Virus record (IMG/VR): IMGVR_UViG_3300028902_000016
Strand: one strand, 5' to 3'
Source of the DNA: a virus
Length of the DNA: 43,199 bases
Shown piece by piece: positions 1-8,300 of the stretch. The notes below the pieces were generated by a model, which saw only the letters and a program-made list of their open reading frames with translations, was not told the origin of the DNA and ran no database searches. The translations under genes and the position numbers were made by a program. Each line of letters begins with the position of its first letter. Position 1 is the stretch's first letter.

Positions 1-141
1 ATGGGTGCGGGAGTAGGATTCGAACCTACGACTTTAGGTTCAAGGGGGTGACAAATTGCCCCCAGATTTGAACCTACAGGTTCAGTAGACAGACGTGCGG
101 GGTGACACCTGCGATAGAGGAGGAAAGAAGATATGAAATAC
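1..141. repeat. Terminal direct repeat, copy 1 (identical to 43059..43199)
   Basis: Read directly: bases 1-141 equal bases 43059-43199. The repeat sits exactly at both window ends and cuts through the start of ORF 133..354. It therefore behaves as the overlap of a circular assembly rather than as attL/attR. Confidence 0.9.
2..43 (-). other. tRNA 3'-half-like segment (T-arm, acceptor 3' strand, CCA); probable attP core
   Basis: Minus strand reads TTGAACCTAAAGTC-GTAGG-TTCGAAT-CCTAC-TCCCGCA-C-CCA. That is a canonical T stem/loop, a 7-nt acceptor strand, a discriminator base and CCA. There is no D-arm and no partner for an anticodon stem upstream, so it is a fragment and not a gene. The integrase gene lies about 0.7 kb away across the circular junction. 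Confidence 0.75.
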
Positions 142-354
142 CCATTTACGATGCGATGTCATTATTGCGACCGCATATTCACGATTGCTTGCGGTGACGA
201 CAATCTGAATGCTTATCGCATCGGGTGGAAAGCCTGGTCCAATCGCGCATGGGCAGAATACCGATACCTTTGCCCTCGACATGCTGAATTACACATGAAG
301 AAATGGGCAAAGCGACTGGAAAAGAAAAGAGAGTCCTCTAACTGGGAAGATTAG
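133..354 (+). CDS. Small Cys/His-rich (zinc-ribbon-like) protein, 73 aa, adjacent to attP
   Basis: ORF preceded by GAGGAGGAAAGAAGAT-ATG. Contains CxxC (CHYCDR) plus C..CPRH. Function unknown. Confidence 0.6.
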   Translation: MKYPFTMRCHYCDRIFTIACGDDNLNAYRIGWKAWSNRAWAEYRYLCPRHAELHMKKWAKRLEKKRESSNWED

Positions 355-410
355 GCAACGCAACCCGCCACTTCTTCCCGTCCACCCATTCACCCTTGAC
401 GCCCGAGAGA

Positions 411-716
411 TTATTCGAACGTCACTCGCCCGACCTTGCGAACCGGTGCTTCCGGCGAATCGGTGATCTTGATCCACAGGTCGTACTTGCCAGCCGTCTT
501 CGCGCCGACCGTAGAGCCTGGACCCACTTCGAGCCTTGCGTAGTATTTGCCGAGCGATGTCTCCCAGCTTCCAGTCTTCCAATCGCCCGACGAAGGGCTT
601 CCGCTCACCATGAGCGCCAATTGGACGGTATCGGCCGTTGGATCCGATGAGACGCCATTGAGCCCCGCTTCGACTTCAACGCAGATGTATTCGCGGCTGA
701 GAACTGAGATCGTCAT
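411..716 (-). CDS. Hypothetical beta-rich protein, last gene of the fibre operon (101 aa)
   Basis: Start moved to the internal ATG at 716 (MTISVLSREY...). It has an AGGAGG 10 nt upstream and an ATGA overlap with the stop of the upstream ORF. The longer track ORF (to 767) would overlap that gene. Confidence 0.65.
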   Translation of the reverse strand: MTISVLSREYICVEVEAGLNGVSSDPTADTVQLALMVSGSPSSGDWKTGSWETSLGKYYARLEVGPGSTVGAKTAGKYDLWIKITDSPEAPVRKVGRVTFE

Positions 717-907
717 CGGGAAGGGCCTCCTATGGACCACCGGGAGCCAGGGCAGCCATAGGTCCACCTAGGAACAGGGCAGCCGAATTGCCAGCGAGAG
801 ACCGGGCAACCGAACGCCCAATCCAGATTGCGAAGAACCGCGTCGCTCGAAGCAAGTCCTCGAGTGAGCAGGTAGGGACTCTTCATCCCTCGAATGACGA
901 TGGTCAT
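713..907 (-). CDS. 64-aa protein with three tandem 9-aa GCPxxRW repeats
   Basis: ATGA start/stop overlaps at both ends (904-907 and 713-716) and a GAGGA upstream. The C-terminal half is FGCPVSRWQ-FGCPVPRWT-YGCPGSRWS-IGGPSR, encoded by a 27-nt tandem repeat at 713-811. Confidence 0.6.
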   Translation of the reverse strand: MTIVIRGMKSPYLLTRGLASSDAVLRNLDWAFGCPVSRWQFGCPVPRWTYGCPGSRWSIGGPSR

Positions 908-2505
908 TGGCGAGTCCTCGATGTCGGAGCGTCGGCATCGTCAAGATCGAAGACCACTGCGGTCGCGCCGCCTGGCGTCTTCTTGGTGTATTCGACGCCG
1001 ACAACCGTCTCGTCGCCCAGCTCGCTGATCGCGCCAAGGAGAGCCTCGCCTACGCTATCGGTGACAGGAGTCGTATCGAGAGCCTGGGTGAGATCGAGAG
1101 TCATCGGGCTTCCAACGGCGGCAGGGCTTGCTGGGATCAGGTCGGTCTTGGCCTTGATGGCGAGTATCTCGGTGTCGACGTAGGTCTTCAGATCCGCGAT
1201 AGCCGCCTCAAGGAGCGACTCGTCGGCAGGATCGCTCGGAAGGTTGTCCGTCTTGGCTTTGATCGCCGCGATTTCCGTATCGACCGCCGCCAGGATCGCT
1301 GCAACCTCCGTGTCCACATAGGTGAGAAGGTTGGCGATTGCCGCTTGGATGTTCGATTCGTCTGCCGGGTCGGTTGGCAGATTATCGGTCTTAGCCTTGA
1401 TGGCAGCGACTTCGGTATCCACGTATGCGGTCAGCGTGTCGATGAGCGTCTTGATCGCAGAGAGGCCGTAGGTGACGTTATTGACCTTGGACTGGATATC
1501 TGAAGTTTCCGCCTCGATGTTGGTCAGTTGGGTGTCGAGATTCGCCGAGCCCAGTCCGATTGCCGAGCGGATAGCCACCGCCGCAATGGTCGTCCAAGCC
1601 GCATCGCCACGATCCCTCACCGCTTCCAGTGAATCCGTCGTCTCGTCGTAAGTGCCTGAACCCGCTCCGGTAGCCCTTAGCTCTGTCCTGGCTGTCGAGT
1701 TTCCAGTTTGTTTTCCAGCGATGAGTCCAAGCCATTGCGCGAGCGATGTGATGCCGCTGAAGAGCGTCGAAGTGATTCTGCTTAGTAGCGTCGTGACATC
1801 GGTTTGCAGCGAGGACAGCGACGAAGCCAAGGCCACCGCGCCAGCGCTCAGGTTGTCGAGGTAGCCAGCCCTGGCAGACGAGAGCCTTGAAAGCAATGTC
1901 GTCACGCCGCTGGAATCGCTTGGAGCGTTGGTCAATGTCGTCGTCGTGTCGACAAGCGTCACCTGGTTCATGGTGCTCGTCGGAGTCGCCACGTTGAAGA
2001 ACTTCTTGAAGCCTGCCGCGAGGTAGCCAGCGGTCTCGGTGAGTGCGGTGCCAAGAATCTCGCCAAGGTTCGCTAGAGCCGCGCCGGTTGATGAGACGGT
2101 GAGCGTCCTAGCCGCCGTTGCGGGTTGAAGCGCATAGTCGATGGTGACCAGGTGATTGAGTTGCGCCATGTTGGTGACGCCCTTGATCGTTAGGATCGCC
2201 GCCGTCCTCGCGTTGCCGGTCGAGAACCAATCGTTATGATAGTGTAGCTCGTAAACGCCTGGATGGTTGGTCGAGTCCAACTCCTTGATTCGCAAGTGAG
2301 CGTTAGAGGTTGGTGCTTGGTAGGTTCCCAAAGTCGAGATCGTTTCAAAAGTGAGAGCCACAGACGTGCCGCCCGGATAGATGTATCGACCCGCCAGGCC
2401 AGAGGATGCCGACGTGACACCCGTCAATCCCGCCCCCGTGGTGGAAGAGGAGTCCTGAATGAACACATAGTCGATATTGCTTTGCTTTCCAATTGGTATG
2501 TTCAT
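904..2505 (-). CDS. Tail fibre protein with coiled-coil tandem repeats (533 aa)
   Basis: Start set at ATG 2505 (MNIPIGK...), with a GGAGG 9 nt upstream and an ATGA overlap with the upstream stop. Ser/Thr/Ala-rich. Repeated YVDTE(V/I)AAIKAKTDNLP(T/S)DPADES units are encoded at about 1140-1445. Position is the distal tail module. Confidence 0.75.
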   Translation of the reverse strand: MNIPIGKQSNIDYVFIQDSSSTTGAGLTGVTSASSGLAGRYIYPGGTSVALTFETISTLGTYQAPTSNAHLRIKELDSTNHPGVYELHYHNDWFSTGNARTAAILTIKGVTNMAQLNHLVTIDYALQPATAARTLTVSSTGAALANLGEILGTALTETAGYLAAGFKKFFNVATPTSTMNQVTLVDTTTTLTNAPSDSSGVTTLLSRLSSARAGYLDNLSAGAVALASSLSSLQTDVTTLLSRITSTLFSGITSLAQWLGLIAGKQTGNSTARTELRATGAGSGTYDETTDSLEAVRDRGDAAWTTIAAVAIRSAIGLGSANLDTQLTNIEAETSDIQSKVNNVTYGLSAIKTLIDTLTAYVDTEVAAIKAKTDNLPTDPADESNIQAAIANLLTYVDTEVAAILAAVDTEIAAIKAKTDNLPSDPADESLLEAAIADLKTYVDTEILAIKAKTDLIPASPAAVGSPMTLDLTQALDTTPVTDSVGEALLGAISELGDETVVGVEYTKKTPGGATAVVFDLDDADAPTSRTRQ

Positions 2506-3620
2506 CTTGTGAAACCTCCGTTCATGCCGCGTTGACAAAGGATGCTAGAAGAGCCGCCCGATCCAGTTAGAGCGTCCTCGACAAATATCAAAATCTTCGC
2601 TACTGCGTCATCTGCGCCGGTTTGGCTCCAAGACGGCGTAGTGGCAGTAGATTTGACTGTATCGAGAACGGGTCCTACCGCCGCCGGTCTCAACGCAGAA
2701 GAAAGGTATTGGCATCCCTTGATCGTGTAGTAATTGCTTGAATCACCAGCGGTTGCATTCGTCGGGGTTACGCCAATGTAATAGACCGTGTTAGCTGTCA
2801 ATTCGTATGGAGTTGTCCACTGCCACATCGCATGGGAACTACCAATGGTAGACCACTCCCATGTATTTGCCGCAGTTGATACCTTCGTGCCACTGTCATT
2901 CCAAATACTGGCGTCCAATGTATGAGTTGGAGAACCAGACCTTCCAAGCGTAGTCCGCAGACCCCATACCTTCACATTGCAAGTGAACTGTACCTTTGCG
3001 GCAACAATGGCTACTCGTGATCCGCTAGTATTGTAGAGGCTGTTATTGATGTCGTTTTCAAAGGAAACCCAATCCGGAATGGTTCCATAGACTCCAGACG
3101 ACGCATAATTGGGCCATATCATTGCCTCTGCCCAATAGCTGTGTTGCAACTTGTAGGAGGTTCCCGAGTCCGTACTTCTTATGTGTACTCGGTCGAACTT
3201 ATTCCGCACCCCCGAGTTGTAGTACATATTGCAGTAATTCGATCCAGGTGTACCTCCGACGTTCTTTATAATGATTGCGTATGCGGTCCCACCCGTTACC
3301 GCATAGGCGGCTGAGAATGTTACGGATGTCCATCCGTTTGTTGGCGTATACGTGGCGGTCGCTAGTGACGAGCCAGTAGGTATTAATGCTGAATCCAACG
3401 CATAAAGGTCGGCCTGAAGAATGTTCGTAACCGTGCCGGTTAAACTCTGATGGACAGCATAGAATCCATTGATATTCTGTGATGAGGGCGCAACGAAAAT
3501 CGCGCCGATTCTAGCGGTCGATGAATTGAGTGTCATCACTCCAGATATCGTGGCTTCCGGGTCAATCCCAACCGGGACCATTACCTGGAGAGAGTTAGAG
3601 CTTGCCCATCCAGGAAGCAT
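2502..3620 (-). CDS. Putative receptor-binding / fibre-associated protein with two tandem beta-sandwich-like halves (372 aa)
   Basis: Long ORF in the fibre operon. Two about 150-aa halves share a pattern (..NGW.SV.F....V..GT.Y.I.. and ..W.W..P.EL.ANT.YYIGV..). One BNR-like STDSGTSY motif. Hand-sampled stretches are lower in GC than the neighbours. Confidence 0.55.
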   Translation of the reverse strand: MLPGWASSNSLQVMVPVGIDPEATISGVMTLNSSTARIGAIFVAPSSQNINGFYAVHQSLTGTVTNILQADLYALDSALIPTGSSLATATYTPTNGWTSVTFSAAYAVTGGTAYAIIIKNVGGTPGSNYCNMYYNSGVRNKFDRVHIRSTDSGTSYKLQHSYWAEAMIWPNYASSGVYGTIPDWVSFENDINNSLYNTSGSRVAIVAAKVQFTCNVKVWGLRTTLGRSGSPTHTLDASIWNDSGTKVSTAANTWEWSTIGSSHAMWQWTTPYELTANTVYYIGVTPTNATAGDSSNYYTIKGCQYLSSALRPAAVGPVLDTVKSTATTPSWSQTGADDAVAKILIFVEDALTGSGGSSSILCQRGMNGGFTR

Positions 3621-4189
3621 TAGCCAATCACCTGCGCCGCTTCTTCGAGCGTGAGGACACCATTCGATACGCCGAGCGTTTGGTCCAACTTGCTGGGCAT
3701 CAGTTCAGTCGTGACCGGGTTTGGCGTGGTCGTGATGAAGTCGTACTGCGCCTGAGTTAAGAGTCCCGCTTGCTTCAATCCCGCAAGACCTTGCGATACT
3801 CCTGGGTTCTCCAAGTTGATAGATACGAGCGGACCGGAAAGTGTCAAATCCACCATCTTGGCGAGCGCTGATGCCTCTTGGTTCGCGCTTCCCTTCATGG
3901 CTTCCAACGCTAGAAAGAAAGGCACTCCGTTCGGCAAAGACATCTGAAGCAAGACGTTGTAGAGTTCGTCTCTCTTCCATTCAGTTCGAGCGAGAGGAGG
4001 CAAACTCACGTCCACAAGGTAAGGCTTGCATACCGCCTCAACGAACGCCAATGGGTCCGTGATGTCCTTTAGGACCGGATCGCCGTTGCGCAAGTCCTTG
4101 AGTTGCTGAATCTGCTCTGGAGAAAGCGATTGCGAACCGCCAACCGCGTCGATGATGAATCCGAGTCTTTCAGGTGAAGTTAATAGCAT
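3620..4189 (-). CDS. Hypothetical protein in fibre module (189 aa)
   Basis: ORF with one-base start/stop overlaps to both neighbours. No recognisable motif. Confidence 0.6.
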   Translation of the reverse strand: MLLTSPERLGFIIDAVGGSQSLSPEQIQQLKDLRNGDPVLKDITDPLAFVEAVCKPYLVDVSLPPLARTEWKRDELYNVLLQMSLPNGVPFFLALEAMKGSANQEASALAKMVDLTLSGPLVSINLENPGVSQGLAGLKQAGLLTQAQYDFITTTPNPVTTELMPSKLDQTLGVSNGVLTLEEAAQVIG

Positions 4190-4392
4190 CAGTTCTTTCT
4201 CCTTAGCCAGCCGATGAAGTGAACGAAAACGCCGCCGATCAGAACCAGCAAAATGGGCCAGTGATCCGTCGCGTACCAGACGCCTTCCGAGAGCGTCTCT
4301 CCCTTCAAAAAGAGCAAGGCATACGCCTCATAGCCGAGGGCAAGCACAAGTAGCACGCTCCAGACCCGGAGCGCGACTTTGGGTTTCTTCAT
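4189..4392 (-). CDS. Small two-TM membrane protein (67 aa)
   Basis: Internal ATG at 4392 gives MKKPKVALRVWSVLLVLALGYEAYALLF...WPILLVLIGGVFVHFIGWLRRKN, with two hydrophobic helices. The upstream part of the track ORF overlaps gene 4401..5357 and translates as Arg/His-rich junk. Confidence 0.55.
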   Translation of the reverse strand: MKKPKVALRVWSVLLVLALGYEAYALLFLKGETLSEGVWYATDHWPILLVLIGGVFVHFIGWLRRKN

Positions 4393-4400
4393 TGGTCTCC

Positions 4401-5357
4401 TTAGGACAGTCCTGCGCCGGTAGCAACCGCGCCATTGATGAAGTCGGTGGTTAGCGTGCCGACAACGATATCGGTGCCGTTGCCGTACACAGTCGCGGCG
4501 TAGCCCATTTGGATCTGAACTCCGGTCTGGCCGGAGACCTTGCACACGAGCTTGTATCCGCCTGTGGTCTTGTTGTTGATGATCCACGTAGCGCCTGGCA
4601 CGTTGGGCAGGATGATGTCCCGGTTAGCGGTCAACGCTCCCGTGAATTCGATGATCCGGTACTTGTACTCCGCCGCGCCAAGCGTGTAATTGGCATCCGA
4701 GAGAGCGATCGACGTCTTGCCGTACTCTGCGACCGTCCCGCCCATGCGCACATGAGAGGCTCCGTTCCACTGCCAAGTGCCATTGAGCGTCTTGGTGACC
4801 ACCGGAACGCCGGCATCGGGAGAATCGGAGGGCCAATCGGCATCCGCCGTCTCTCTGATCGCCAGATTCCCTTTCAAGTACACCACTCCCGAGTAGTCGA
4901 TGGCAGCCGAGATATCCCCGCTCGCCGTGGTGACGATCCCGATCAAGGTGCATTCGCCTGCCGGTGGCGTCGTGGTGGTCGCAATCTCGAACGTCTTATC
5001 CGCCTTGGCCCAAACGTAGTTGGTGGCGTTGTCGTACATCGTGAGCGAATCCGCTTCGAACTCCACGATGGATCCGATGTAGGCATGCCCGGCAGCGACC
5101 GAAGCGGTCAAACCTGAGACGTCGGTGAGGCCGAGCCCGTAGGCGATCCCATAGACCCCGATCGCGCCATAACGGGCGAGCAGCTCCAGGAACTGCGCGT
5201 TGTGGTTGATCTTGCCCGAGACGCCCGTCGTGGACCCGGTGCTGATCGTTTGCGCTTGCACGAGCGATGGCTCGGCAGAGAGCGCGGAGGCGAGCAAAAC
5301 GAGGCCCGATGGCCCTTGTGGAGCCGGGCATTGCGACGCTAGTTTGGTGATTGCCAT
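4401..5357 (-). CDS. Tail fibre / baseplate-associated structural protein (318 aa)
   Basis: Position in the fibre module. The C-terminal pattern SDANYTLGAAEYKYRIIEFTGALTANRDIILPNVPGATWIINNKTTGGYKLVCKVSGQTGVQI recalls a motif I have seen in phage fibre-like proteins. Recognised from memory only. Confidence 0.55.
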   Translation of the reverse strand: MAITKLASQCPAPQGPSGLVLLASALSAEPSLVQAQTISTGSTTGVSGKINHNAQFLELLARYGAIGVYGIAYGLGLTDVSGLTASVAAGHAYIGSIVEFEADSLTMYDNATNYVWAKADKTFEIATTTTPPAGECTLIGIVTTASGDISAAIDYSGVVYLKGNLAIRETADADWPSDSPDAGVPVVTKTLNGTWQWNGASHVRMGGTVAEYGKTSIALSDANYTLGAAEYKYRIIEFTGALTANRDIILPNVPGATWIINNKTTGGYKLVCKVSGQTGVQIQMGYAATVYGNGTDIVVGTLTTDFINGAVATGAGLS

Positions 5358-5360
5358 ATC

Positions 5361-8300
5361 TTAGGTGACCTGCTTGAAACTGGCTCCGTCGTCCACGGAT
5401 TCCCACTCGGTGACATCCGTCTCCCCGGATATCTTCCAAACCGCGATCCAGCGGCCTGGCCCTTGGTTGTCGTAGCTGACATGGAAGGTGTCTGGCTCGA
5501 ATTGCAAGTCCACCCCTTCCGATTTCACGTTGACGGCTGATGAGAAGCTCGAATCCCCAGGCCCGCGCCTGCGCATCTTGATCTTCCCCGGCCCCGACGT
5601 TCCCGAGTTGTAAACGAACCCGAACGCAAGGATCGTCCCGAGCGGATCGGTAGCGACCGTGGCGAAATAGGCGCTTGCGATCAGCAAGGTCTCGTCCCCC
5701 CACGTCTGCCCTTCGTCGAACGATGGGCGGTAGTAAAGCCCCGAGCCGGAGCGGATGTAGAAGAGGTATAGGACGTTTCGCGCGTCCTCGACGAGCCGTG
5801 GATGGGAGCAATCCGCCGACGCCGTAACCGTGCCATCCTTCTCAAAGCCTCCAAAGGGAGCCGAGAAGCTCGCCCGGTGGTGCCACACGTCGCCATCCTT
5901 GACGCTGACACGGTGGTACTGCCCGATCTTCGAGTGCAAGCACCACGGATTCCCAAAGCCTGGCTCTGTGACGATGCCGCCCACTCGATGCTGACGCCGT
6001 GGATACACGCCGGTCGAAACGCTTCCGATCGAGCTTCCGATGTGCGAAATGGTGAGACCTCGAAACGGCCTTGCCGGTGGAATCGTCTCGAAGTAGCCGA
6101 CGCTATCGCTAATCGCAGAACCGGCAGGAGCCCCGCCCGTCGTCTCACTGGCCACAAGCAAAGCCCCGCCCACTGGCTCGAAACTGGAGTTCCACACGAT
6201 CCCATGCGCTTGGCCCCTGAAGATGTGCGAGCAGTAGAGTTGCAGCTCTGCCGTGTAGTCATCATAGTTCAAGTCTGTGAACGGGTTGCCGATGCCTGGG
6301 TAGAACTGGATCAGATCGACGTAGAGCGTGGCCTGGAGCGTCTCCAGGCCCGAAAGCGTCATATTCGTGTAATCGACCCATGTGGTCCCGTTCCAGAGCC
6401 ATCCTCCGCCGCCTACTTCGGGAGCGACGATGTTCGTGTTGGTCCATGAGTCGAGAACGTTTGGCGAGAGCGCCGTCCAATTCCAGCCGAGGAACTTGTC
6501 GCCATCGGCCACGAAGTCTGCAATGGAGCGGGTGAGGTACGAGCCGAGATACTTGTAATTGGGCCAAAGCTCGAGACTCGTCCTGCCATCGGTGATCGCA
6601 ATGGCGCCGCGCTTCACGTCGAAGCCATCGGAGACGTAGCCGCTTACGAAGTCGGTCCTCAGATCGCTATTGAGAATCGTGAGCTTCTCGAAACTCTTGG
6701 TGAAGCCTTTCAGGTAATCCAGGTCGAGGACGTCCCCCGATCCAAGCCCGGATATCTCCATGGTGGAGATTCGGTTCACTCCCTGGTACTTGGCTTCGTT
6801 GGTCGGTTCGTCCGCCGAGACGCTCGCGCAAGGCCACCGATTGTCCCGGTGATCGCTTCCGGATCCCTGATCGACGTTCGGCAGCATCGTGTCGATTTCG
6901 ATGTCTGTCCACGTGTTTGCCGCCCCGGTGACGAAAGACCACTTCTTGCCCCCGTTGACCTTGAAGTACAGCGTCTTCGGCCCGGAATTCAGCTTCACCC
7001 TCAGCTTGAGGAACCGCTTGGTCTCTGTGTTGAGCTTGGGCGAGTAGGTTCTGGTAGCCGACGCCGACGATCCAGTCGCGGTGATCGTGACGGCAGTGCC
7101 GGAGCTTCCCAGCGTGGCGTTCGTGCCTGCCCAACCGGTCGTCGATCCGAAATCGTCGTGCGTGATCTCGCTGGCGGATTCCACCTCGATGATATCGACC
7201 ACCTTGGTGATGAAACTGGCCCTGTTATCGTTGGCGTCCTCTCCGAAGCTGCTGGCATGCGCCGCATCGAGCGAGCAATAGAATGGCGAGATTTGCGCCT
7301 GCTGATTGTAAACGGACGCCCTGGAGCCCGATGGACTTGAAACCGCCGAATGCGCGTTGACCTTCCTCTCTTGGAGCGTGAAGCTCTTCGAGAAGGCTCC
7401 CGCGGCATTGTAGAAGTAGTCGTCACTCTTCAGGTTCGTGAAGAAGCGAACGGCGTTCAGATACGGATCTGAGAACTGCTTGGCGACTCCGTTGATCCTG
7501 ACCTTGAGCGGAGGCGAGACTCGAACCGTCTGAGCGACCTGGCCTCGATTCGTATAGGTCGGAAATCCGAAGTCGTAGCGGCCCGCCCCTGAGTTGAAGC
7601 TCGGCTGCGAGTACACCCCTTCCCCGGTGAACTGGTAGGTGATACCCGCCGTCGTGTTGGTGACTTTGGACCAAACCAAATCGCCCGGGTCCACCGTTTC
7701 CCAGAACGCGACATCGCTGGAGACCTTGGCGGTTTCCGTGAAGATGCCGGCCCCGCCTTCCCAGGCTCCGGTGAGGATGTTGTAGACCTGGCCCGTGTGG
7801 GAGAAGGATGTCCAATTCGCGCAGACGACATTCTCGATCTTGGCCTGTAGCGGAATGCCTGAGATAACCGTTCCGAACGCATTGGCGCCCAGCGTCATAC
7901 CGTAATCGCTCGGCCCGAAGTACAGGATGCTCGCCGAGTCTGGATCGAGCGCGGAGAAGCTCCTGGAGCCCGTCGTCGATAGGCTACCGAGCGAGACGTC
8001 CCAGCGAAGATTGTTCGCGGCGTTGGCGAATCGCTCTTCGTAGATCAGGTACCGGCTTGGCCACTGAGGAGAGGCATCGAACGGATTCGGGATCGAAGTG
8101 GTCGAGACGTTGAAGCTCTTCCAGCGAAGCACCTCGATGACGTCCATCTCGATCGAGAAGGAACCGGTCTTTTCCTTGGACTCTTGGTAGCCCGTGCCGT
8201 ATTCCACGGACGAGCTGTTGTAGACGGTTGCAAGCAAGCCCGACGTGTTCAGAATCTCAACCTTCAGGCTAAGGGTGAACTTCGGCCTGTTGGTGACGAT

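Noticed and set aside
1-90. A complete tRNA gene at the window start
   Set aside because: Only the T-arm, acceptor 3' strand and CCA are present. The sequence 5' of the variable region cannot form an anticodon stem (position 33 would be C), and there is no D-arm or 5' acceptor strand. It is an att-site fragment.
1-141. Terminal repeats as attL/attR of an integrated prophage with flanking host DNA
   Set aside because: The repeat is exactly terminal and there is no host sequence outside it. It also includes 9 nt of a phage ORF and its RBS. Circular-assembly overlap explains it better.
713-811. The 27-nt tandem repeat and the 32841..32887 microsatellite as CRISPR-like or other non-coding arrays
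   Set aside because: The units are contiguous, without spacers, and lie in frame inside coupled ORFs. No cas genes are present. They are interpreted as coding repeats.
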